Position numbers and translations under genes: made by a program
Notes under the pieces: generated by a model
Database searches by the model: none
What the model was told of the DNA's origin: nothing
What the model saw: the letters and a program-made list of their open reading frames with translations, nothing else
DNA from: a virus
Taxonomy: Duplodnaviria > Caudoviricetes
Virus record (IMG/VR): IMGVR_UViG_3300007863_000018
Span: 1-25,573 of that record
Strand: one strand, 5' to 3'
DNA length: 25,573 bases
Shown here: in pieces, positions 1-5,747 of the stretch
Position numbering within the stretch: the first letter of the stretch is position 1
Layout of the letters: each line of letters begins with the position of its first letter

Positions 1-40
1 CCTCGAAGTAACCCTTGGCAGTACCTGTGTACTAGGACCC
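1..40 (-). other. Putative cos/packaging site: cosQ-like GGGTCCT (40..34 on minus) followed about 19 nt later by GGGTTACTTCGAGG at the window edge
   Basis: Minus strand reads GGGTCCT-AGTACACAGGTACTGCCAA-GGGTTACTTCGAGG. GGGTCCT is the lambda cosQ heptamer. It lies downstream of a gene (2811..3584) of a family I recall preceding cos and terminase in lambda-like phages. Confidence 0.4.
20..33. promoter_or_regulatory. Cyanobacterial LexA-type box AGTAC-CTGT-GTACT
   Basis: Palindrome AGTAC-N4-GTACT matching the cyanobacterial SOS box (RGTAC-N3-DGTWCB / AGTACWNWTGTACT). Confidence 0.65.
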
Positions 41-42
41 AA

Positions 43-60
43 ATAGTACAGGCGTACTAT
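43..60. promoter_or_regulatory. Cyanobacterial LexA-type box ATAGTAC-AGGC-GTACTAT
   Basis: Perfect 7-4-7 inverted repeat with an AGTAC-N4-GTACT core. Confidence 0.65.
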
Positions 61-300
61 ATAAACAATTGCTATCAATCGTTAATCAATTTGTATTAGT
101 AATAGATACTAAATGTTATTTATTAATCTACTTTCAATTCGTCAATAAGTTTCTATTAGTAATCGAAACTAGACTGCAGTCTACGTTAATAAAAATTATC
201 TATAAAAAAAGTGCAGGGTAAAATATATTTTATAATTTAAATTACTGTATATTTAAATATATAAAGAATAATCGAAAATTGATACTGAGAATCAATCGCA
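61..300. other. Very AT-rich non-coding tract with several palindromes
   Basis: 14-bp perfect palindromes TAGACTGCAGTCTA (170-183), TAAAATATATTTTA (219-232) and TATATTTAAATATA (248-261). An imperfect 19-bp direct repeat lies at 94-112 and 154-172. Confidence 0.8.
281..299. promoter_or_regulatory. Fur-family box-like site (weak)
   Basis: GATACTGAGAATCAATCGC matches 14/19 positions of the Fur consensus GATAATGATAATCATTATC. Confidence 0.3.
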
Positions 301-308
301 TTAAGGAC

Positions 309-524
309 GCGTGCGCCTGTGCGCCTGCGTGCGCCTGCGTGCGCCTGTGCGCCTGCGTGCGCCTGTGCGCCTGCGTGCGCCTGCGTGCGCCTGCGTGCGC
401 CTGCGTGCGCCTGCGTGCGCCTGTGCGCCTGAGTGCGCCTGAGTGCGCCTGCGTGCGCCTGTGCGCCTGAGTGCGCCTGCGTGCGCCTGTGCGCCTGAGT
501 GCGCCTGAGTGCGCCTGTGCGCCT
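309..524. repeat. Tandem array of 23 GTGCGCCT cores (units GTGCGCCT, GCGTGCGCCT, GAGTGCGCCT)
   Basis: Read directly: 8- and 10-bp units are interspersed with no other spacer. Confidence 0.97.
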
Positions 525-555
525 TCAACTAAAAGCGCGTAAAGTCCTGACCATG

Positions 556-583
556 AAAAAGGCCCCGCTTTAAGCGGGGCTTT
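556..583 (-). terminator. Rho-independent terminator ending the minus-strand operon
   Basis: Minus strand GCCCCGCT-TAA-AGCGGGGC-CTTTTT. It overlaps the stop codon of 570..845. Confidence 0.85.
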
Positions 584-845
584 GCTTTAGGTCTGCCAAC
601 AAAGAGCCCCATTCTGTATGGCTCCAAGGCGTGTCATCACCCATCGATCCATACGGAATGATATGGGGTGGCATGGCAGCAATAACCGTCAGCATGATCT
701 GGTACGAAACTTCAAGCGGTGGCTCAACATCACAAGCGAGACCACGTGCTGCAACCGTTTCACCCACCTTGCGATAGGCGATTGGATAACGGGCGGCAAT
801 CTCACGCATAGGTCTACGCAAGGCGAACGGGTGCCAATATTTCAT
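570..845 (-). CDS. Hypothetical phage protein (91 aa)
   Basis: ATGA-coupled to the upstream gene and ends in a terminator. Confidence 0.7.
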   Translation of the reverse strand: MKYWHPFALRRPMREIAARYPIAYRKVGETVAARGLACDVEPPLEVSYQIMLTVIAAMPPHIIPYGSMGDDTPWSHTEWGSLLADLKQSPA

Positions 846-1096
846 TGTTCAATCTCTAAGCTCTCAGTCCAGTCAGCAGGAGATGGAAGCATTGTTAATC
901 TTGAATATTGCCCCGCTGTGATCGTGACGCCATCAAGCATTGATCGACGTGCTGCATAGTGAAGAGTCTTAGGCGGTGCCATATAACCCGCGTAACCCTC
1001 CGGCCAAAATGCGAGAGAGTGGCCGTCTTCCATCCAGGCAAAGCCGCGCCTAGGGTTTCCGTTTGGGCAGTTGGTAGCCTTTAAATAGACAAGCAT
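842..1096 (-). CDS. Hypothetical phage protein (84 aa, NGNPRR motif)
   Basis: ATG start after a U-rich leader and coupled to the next gene. Confidence 0.75.
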   Translation of the reverse strand: MLVYLKATNCPNGNPRRGFAWMEDGHSLAFWPEGYAGYMAPPKTLHYAARRSMLDGVTITAGQYSRLTMLPSPADWTESLEIEQ

Positions 1097-1134
1097 GATT
1101 GAAAAAATAAATGTGATTTAAGAAAAGAATAAAT

Positions 1135-1737
1135 TTAACCTTTTACGCCATGAATCCTTCGCCATGCAACCCACGTAATCGCTTGCATTTCAGCGGGTGA
1201 AATTTTAAATTTAGCAGCCGCTTTTTTAAAATCCGATTTAATTTCTTTACGCATTTTAACACCTATCGAGGGAACATCTTTTAAAGACGTTCTAGATCCG
1301 TTAAATATACAATAGGCGTGTCCGTCGATACAAACATCTTCTACACCTAAAATGCAATTAAAAAACTCTATCATTTTTTTTCCCTTTAAAATATCCCTTA
1401 TGCTGTCAGTGTAAAAATCTTGATCGGTCTTAAGTATATTTAACGCTTTTTCTTTATTCTTATTAAACGTGCAAACTTTAATGTTAACTGCGCTTTTAGG
1501 ATCGCGGACGAAAGTTTCAATTAAATTTTCCGCGTCAATAACATTTCTAGACCACTTATTTCTTGGACTAAGTGACGCCATCACTCCGGCCACTGTTTGC
1601 AAAGTAAGGCCATAATCGTCTGCTAAATTCAACGCTATTTTATGCGCCGATTTATACCAATTAGCACCATCGATTTTCTCTTGAGCTGTTGCGAGCAGAT
1701 AAACCGCTTTGATGTTGTTGACGTTTTTAGTTGACAT
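1135..1737 (-). CDS. Conserved phage protein, DUF7178-like, with possible HhH/DNA-glycosylase-like fold
   Basis: Motifs GANWY..A, VAGVMASLSPRNKWSRN, CIDGHA and SPAEMQAITW. Clearly AT-rich codons. Confidence 0.7.
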   Translation of the reverse strand: MSTKNVNNIKAVYLLATAQEKIDGANWYKSAHKIALNLADDYGLTLQTVAGVMASLSPRNKWSRNVIDAENLIETFVRDPKSAVNIKVCTFNKNKEKALNILKTDQDFYTDSIRDILKGKKMIEFFNCILGVEDVCIDGHAYCIFNGSRTSLKDVPSIGVKMRKEIKSDFKKAAAKFKISPAEMQAITWVAWRRIHGVKG

Positions 1738-1773
1738 TTTTTTCAGTAAGTAAGTTTTTAAAAAGTGAAATAA

Positions 1774-1974
1774 TCAGGATTCCTTAGCGGCCCCTATGGA
1801 GCCACCAGCAGCGCCTAAGACGGTTAAGGCCAAAGAAGCTTGGATGAACTCACCTAGACCCTTGCGGGATGCCTCAGAATCCATAGGAAGGAGCACAGCA
1901 GAAACAAGGGCGAGATGGATCAAAATCGTTCCCGTAGCAGCTGCGCCAAAACCGAAAAATTTGAGAGTTGACAT
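1774..1974 (-). CDS. Small two-TM membrane protein (66 aa, MSTLKFFGF...)
   Basis: ATG at 1974 after an A7 run. Two hydrophobic segments. The longer ORF-track start overlaps the upstream gene. Confidence 0.65.
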   Translation of the reverse strand: MSTLKFFGFGAAATGTILIHLALVSAVLLPMDSEASRKGLGEFIQASLALTVLGAAGGSIGAAKES

Positions 1975-2008
1975 TTTTTTAAAGAATAGAGTTTGCAGGA
2001 AAATTAAG

Positions 2009-2194
2009 TTAAGCGAAGGACCAGCGACGGGCCGTGGTGGCGCTGACGCTGTAACGCTGTCCGATTGTCTTCCAGGTAGCGCCATTGCGCTTAAGGCGGT
2101 TAATGCGTGTTGAGCGTGACTCTGTGATGTAGAGGAGAATCACTAACGGAAGCGTGATCAGTAGAAGCAGTGAAGCAATAGAGAGGGAAGCCAT
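2009..2194 (-). CDS. Small protein with an N-terminal TM segment and a C-terminal HTH (61 aa)
   Basis: MASLSIASLLLLITLPLVILLYITES followed by the HTH-like GATWKTIGQRYSVSATTARRW. A layout I recall from cyanophage and Synechococcus small proteins. Confidence 0.75.
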   Translation of the reverse strand: MASLSIASLLLLITLPLVILLYITESRSTRINRLKRNGATWKTIGQRYSVSATTARRWSFA

Positions 2195-2238
2195 TTGAAA
2201 AGAGATTTTTAAAACGTGAGTGTTTCGCTCACCTCCGA

Positions 2239-2247
2239 ACAATAACA
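2239..2247 (-). promoter_or_regulatory. Extended -10 promoter element (TG-T-TATTGT) for the 2194->570 operon
   Basis: Minus strand CTGTTATTGT about 45 nt upstream of the ATG at 2194. No good -35. Confidence 0.45.
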
Positions 2248-2417
2248 GAAAATTTTGCAGTGGAGCATATACCCGTCCTTATTGGGTCAGTTAGAGAATT
2301 GTCCATACCCCACAACGCAGCCATCGCCGGAGAATTAGCGGGAACCTAGACAACGCCGACCGGCTTAATAAAAAGCAAAATGTTCAATATGAACACTTTT
2401 GTATCGGATCGCGTATT

Positions 2418-2438
2418 GATAATGAGAGTCATTCTCAT
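2418..2438. promoter_or_regulatory. Fur/Zur-family box
   Basis: GATAATGAGAGTCATTCTC matches 16/19 of the Fur consensus. It also contains a 7-1-7 palindrome, TGAGAGT-C-ATTCTCA. Confidence 0.6.
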
Positions 2439-2614
2439 GTTCGAGTTAATGTAAACAATTGCGCGAAAAGTTGCGATTTATGCTAAATAGAATTAGTGTG
2501 CAATTTTTTCTAATTGTTTATAGTTAACAGAAAATGTACGATTAATTGTTTACATCTACTTTTTTGAGTTTGTGTTATTTAGTGACGCAATCCAAATCGT
2601 TAAATGTTACAAAT

Positions 2615-2678
2615 AGTACACTTGTACTATAGTACATTTGTACAAGTAGTACATTAGTACTAGTAGTACGCCTGTACT
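2615..2678. promoter_or_regulatory. Four tandem cyanobacterial LexA-type boxes
   Basis: AGTAC-ACTT-GTACT (2615-2628), AGTAC-ATTT-GTACA (2631-2644), AGTAC-ATTA-GTACT (2648-2661), AGTAC-GCCT-GTACT (2665-2678). Period 16-17 bp. Confidence 0.75.
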
Positions 2679-2723
2679 ACCGTGTGTGTCAAAAAAGATC
2701 AAAAACCATGTATGCGTATATGT

Positions 2724-2811
2724 GCCTTAAACCGACCCCTCGCAAGTCCCCCGCCTTAAACCGACCCCTCGCAAGTCCTCCCCTAAACCGTATGCCAGCA
2801 AGTCCCCCGCC
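2724..2811. repeat. Three ~29-bp C-rich direct repeats (GCCTTAAACCGACCCCTCGCAAGTCCCCC)
   Basis: Copies at 2724-2752 and 2753-2781 (1 mismatch), plus a degenerate third at 2782-2811. Confidence 0.9.
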
Positions 2812-3584
2812 TATTTTGCGGTTGCGATTGCCTTGGCCAAGGCGCGGCCAAATTCTTTATTGAAGTTCTTGTTCACAGAGCTAACGCCAATATCGACAAA
2901 AGGATATTTGCCGCTGTACTGGGGCGTCTTCCCTATCCAAAACAATGCTGCTTCGTTGTCATTAATGCTATCTGCATTCTTTAAGCCAGTGGCCAAGTAA
3001 ATGCCTGGATAGAAATTCCTAGGGCCGCCTGCGTTGTACTGAGCGGTAGACCTAGCAATATGCTTAAAAGCATTTTTACGCTTTCTATTCTTTCGATATG
3101 AAAACGAAGAATTGTCTCTGAAAGCTTGTAGGCTGTATAAAATTTGAGTGTACTGACCAGGGCTTACGTTCCCGTACTTATTGAACCTTAGGTAGTCAGA
3201 CTGTGTTGGCCGAGCGAACTCATTTGGAGCAAGTATTCCTTTCGCCCTTAATCCTTTCTGAAACCTAGTGGCATAAGCAGGGCCGCCTTTGATCTGGGGT
3301 AATAAGTAATCTGCTGCTGCATTGCCCTTGCCAGCAAACTCTTTAAGACCAACCTCAGCGTAAAGATTTCCCTTATTGCTGCTCTTCGTGTAGATGCTGT
3401 TAAGAGTGTAGGGAACAGGATTCTTGAATGTTTTACGCATTTCGTCCTGCAGATCACTTTTTGCCTGTTTTGCAAGATTGTTAATTGCAAGCGACGTAGC
3501 AAAAGGCACCTGAACAGCCTTAAAGGCGTCCAAGCGTTTGATCATTGGATTTACGTCAAAAAACACCGTATTAGCCATAGCCAA
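2811..3584 (-). CDS. Conserved phage protein, probable tail-completion/neck (lambda gpZ or HK97 gp10-like) family
   Basis: Basic 257-aa protein with QVPFATSLAIN...F.NP.PYTLNS and a C-terminal FGRALAKAIATAK. Confidence 0.6.
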   Translation of the reverse strand: MAMANTVFFDVNPMIKRLDAFKAVQVPFATSLAINNLAKQAKSDLQDEMRKTFKNPVPYTLNSIYTKSSNKGNLYAEVGLKEFAGKGNAAADYLLPQIKGGPAYATRFQKGLRAKGILAPNEFARPTQSDYLRFNKYGNVSPGQYTQILYSLQAFRDNSSFSYRKNRKRKNAFKHIARSTAQYNAGGPRNFYPGIYLATGLKNADSINDNEAALFWIGKTPQYSGKYPFVDIGVSSVNKNFNKEFGRALAKAIATAK

Positions 3585-3587
3585 AGG

Positions 3588-3812
3588 CTAGCAACCATTG
3601 GTTCGAGGAGGAGCCCCCATAGCCTCAGCCTCTAACTGTTGGATCTCAGCGAATGCATCAGCCGCCTGCTTGCGGATAGATTCCCTGAGCTGGTTCGCTT
3701 TTGGCTCTACTAAGTGCATCGACGAAGTGAAGCCGCTTTTGCAGATCCCATCCTCACAAACGCGAACCTCAAGACCTAGACCATCTTCAGTGTTGCGAAT
3801 TTCAGTAGTCAA
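3588..3812 (-). CDS. Hypothetical cyanophage-type protein (74 aa)
   Basis: TTG start, fits the operon spacing, SSMHLVEPK motif. Confidence 0.7.
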   Translation of the reverse strand: MTTEIRNTEDGLGLEVRVCEDGICKSGFTSSMHLVEPKANQLRESIRKQAADAFAEIQQLEAEAMGAPPRTNGC

Positions 3813-3827
3813 TACTTTTACCCTTGT

Positions 3828-4037
3828 TCAGTGATTTTTAATGCAATACCCCTTGCTTCCGTACCAGCCAACTGGACAGGTGCCGAGGGTTGCATTAGGA
3901 ATCGTATCTCGGACCTCCACAGCTCCAGGGGAAATAACACAGTATCCACCGCTTTGCCAGTATCCCAAAGGGCAACTGTCGCCAACTCGCTGAATAGGAG
4001 GCGCTGTGATGGTTGCAAGCATAAGAAAGAAGATCAT
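3828..4037 (-). CDS. Small secreted Cys-rich protein with two CPxG[YW]xxxxxYC repeats
   Basis: Hydrophobic N-terminus, then CPLGYWQSGGYC and CPVGWYGSKGYC. Confidence 0.75.
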   Translation of the reverse strand: MIFFLMLATITAPPIQRVGDSCPLGYWQSGGYCVISPGAVEVRDTIPNATLGTCPVGWYGSKGYCIKNH

Positions 4038-4052
4038 ATTAATGGTATTAAA

Positions 4053-4583
4053 TTAAACAGAGAAGCACTTAACTGCATTCGATAACTGGTGATAAGTTCC
4101 ACTATTGTTAATAAAGGCGTCAGGAACGATTTCTGTCAAAGCGCCTTCACTTGAATGCTCGCCATCGTAAGTCACTCCAGGGCGATTAACAAACCATATT
4201 TCACCACCAAGCCTACGAATCATCTCAACTTCATTAGGGAAGCGAACGTCATCAAAAACAACTTTTTTATTGTCATCCAGAAGTTTTTTAGCTTTTGCTT
4301 CAGCGAGCATAACCCAGATTCCTGGATGGATACAAGCTCTCCCCCATTCGGTCCCAAGGGTTTGCATCATGTGGCGAGGGCTAACTCCAATATCAGGCAA
4401 TCCAACTTCTTTTTGGTTGTATACAAGTTCAGTCCCATCATGACCAAGATTGGAAAGCACCTCACTAACCAAAGACTTTAATGGATCTGCAAAAGAAATT
4501 GTTTTGTGATCTTGAAGCATCAATGCAACAGTGCTTTTGCCTGATCCAGGAGCAGAGCTATAAAGACCGATTAGTTTTTTCAT
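4053..4583 (-). CDS. Deoxynucleoside monophosphate kinase (T4 gp1/T5 Dnk-like)
   Basis: P-loop APGSGKST, FADPLK, PRHMMQTLGTEWGR, VVFDDVRFPNE and HSSE. Confidence 0.92.
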   Translation of the reverse strand: MKKLIGLYSSAPGSGKSTVALMLQDHKTISFADPLKSLVSEVLSNLGHDGTELVYNQKEVGLPDIGVSPRHMMQTLGTEWGRACIHPGIWVMLAEAKAKKLLDDNKKVVFDDVRFPNEVEMIRRLGGEIWFVNRPGVTYDGEHSSEGALTEIVPDAFINNSGTYHQLSNAVKCFSV

Positions 4584-4688
4584 TTGTTGGTTTTAAATAG
4601 TTTTCTGAAAGAAGAGTAAATCGAGCCACCAAGGGAACAAGCAAAAAGATATGCAAGAACCGCTAAGCAGCTAGTCGTACCAATAATT

Positions 4689-4889
4689 TCACGAATTAAT
4701 GGATGTTTGTTGATTTTTAAAACCCAAAGAGCGAAGACGCTTGATTTCTTCTTGAGCTTTTTCGGAATCAAAGTACCTTCCTGGCGTGAGAGCAAATTTG
4801 CCATTGCCTGAAATTTCAAACCAACTTCCTCCTGGGTTCTCAATGAAGACAGAAAAAGCTTCTTTCTTTTTTAGATAAAAAGTTTGCAT
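4689..4889 (-). CDS. Hypothetical protein (66 aa)
   Basis: ATG 4 nt after the upstream stop. Competes with the overlapping ORF 4580..4843. Confidence 0.5.
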   Translation of the reverse strand: MQTFYLKKKEAFSVFIENPGGSWFEISGNGKFALTPGRYFDSEKAQEEIKRLRSLGFKNQQTSINS

Positions 4890-4893
4890 GTGT

Positions 4894-5154
4894 TTAGGTT
4901 GATTTGTTTGCGTCTGGTAAATGAAATAAACGTTCCAGCATCAGCGAATCTGGGTTTGTGTAATCTTCGTCCTCAGGAGTATTGAAATCAATAAACTCCA
5001 TTGCTACAGGATCTTCTGCTGACCCAGCCATAATAACTTGATCCAAATCAACATCCTTAAAAGCAAGTAAGGAAATGTTATTAGACCTCATAAGAATAGC
5101 AATAGCGAATCGTTCCCAAAAACGTGTATACCAATACATCGCAAGCCCCATCAA
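4894..5154 (-). CDS. Hypothetical cyanophage-type protein
   Basis: ATGA-coupled to the upstream gene. C-terminal LERLFHLPD motif. Confidence 0.7.
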   Translation of the reverse strand: MMGLAMYWYTRFWERFAIAILMRSNNISLLAFKDVDLDQVIMAGSAEDPVAMEFIDFNTPEDEDYTNPDSLMLERLFHLPDANKST

Positions 5155-5681
5155 TTCATGCCAAAAGCGTAGCTATCAGGGCTATCGCAGCTAGCAGAGC
5201 GAACAATGATTCCTTTGGTTCGCAGCTCTGATTTACCAAAGCAGCCAGCAACCCAACGTCGGTAGCACCACTCAACATCTGCAAAGGTTGAGCAGCAAAC
5301 AGCACTGGCCGTAGAAAAACCAAGGAAGGACAGCCTTTCTAGTGCTAAGAAGCGATCTCCGTCAGCGTCAACAAGGGTGTCGGCATAAAAGCTGCCATCC
5401 CCGCAAACAGTGCCATGCACCTCAATGGTGAGAGGCTGCTGAAGCTGCTTAGGCAAAGCAAACTGCACCTCAGCAAGGAGATCATCACCGGATAGGCCCC
5501 AGGCCGCCTCCAGGGCACCGCAGTAGTAATGCGCAGAGCACCTGATGCCTGAAAACGCTTCAGACACGCACAAGGCCTCCTGAGAGCCCTGAGCGATCAA
5601 TCGCCTTTCAGCAGAATGCCTATCTAAAAACTCTGGATCTGGCGCAAGCAAGGTGACTCCGGCTATTGAACTTAAGGGCAT
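5151..5681 (-). CDS. Degenerate NAD-dependent DNA ligase adenylation-domain homolog, catalytic residues apparently lost
   Basis: Colinear LigA-like pattern: SEAFSG (cf. EPKxDG), HYYCGALEAAWGLSGDD (cf. Y..G.L..A.TRG), LPKQL...IEVHGTV (cf. EVRGEV), LSFLGF and RTKGIIVR (cf. DGIVVK). Confidence 0.6.
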   Translation of the reverse strand: MPLSSIAGVTLLAPDPEFLDRHSAERRLIAQGSQEALCVSEAFSGIRCSAHYYCGALEAAWGLSGDDLLAEVQFALPKQLQQPLTIEVHGTVCGDGSFYADTLVDADGDRFLALERLSFLGFSTASAVCCSTFADVEWCYRRWVAGCFGKSELRTKGIIVRSASCDSPDSYAFGMN

Positions 5682-5709
5682 TGTTAAACGCAATGTTTTT
5701 TACAGAACA

Positions 5710-5737
5710 ATAGTAGCTGTTAAACGCAGCGTGTCAA
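5710..5737 (-). promoter_or_regulatory. Sigma70-type promoter TTGACA-16-TACTAT
   Basis: Consensus -35 and a near-consensus -10 upstream of 5681. Confidence 0.7.
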
Positions 5738-5747
5738 CAAGCAGCAA

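Noticed and set aside
279-528. ORFs 279..470 (+) and 301..528 (-)
   Set aside because: They are translations of the GTGCGCCT tandem repeat, with low-complexity products and TTG starts.
1729-1980. Repeated AGTTGACATTTTTTT (1729-1743, 1966-1980) as plus-strand TTGACA promoters
   Set aside because: Explained by the reverse complement of A7-ATG-TCA-ACT, the shared translation start (Met-Ser-Thr) of two minus-strand genes.
2615-2678. NtcA boxes
   Set aside because: Each unit is GTA-N6-TAC, not the GTA-N8-TAC that NtcA needs. The LexA consensus fits better.
2615-2811. Possible CRISPR or mini-array from the LexA-box run or the 29-bp repeats
   Set aside because: Repeats abut each other without unique 25-45 bp spacers, and no cas genes are present.
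4580-4843. 87-aa ORF as the gene upstream of the dNMP kinase
   Set aside because: It has a TTG start and overlaps most of 4689..4889, which has a better placed ATG. Its hydrophobic 3' part, coupled to the kinase start, could still be a short gene, so this is unresolved.
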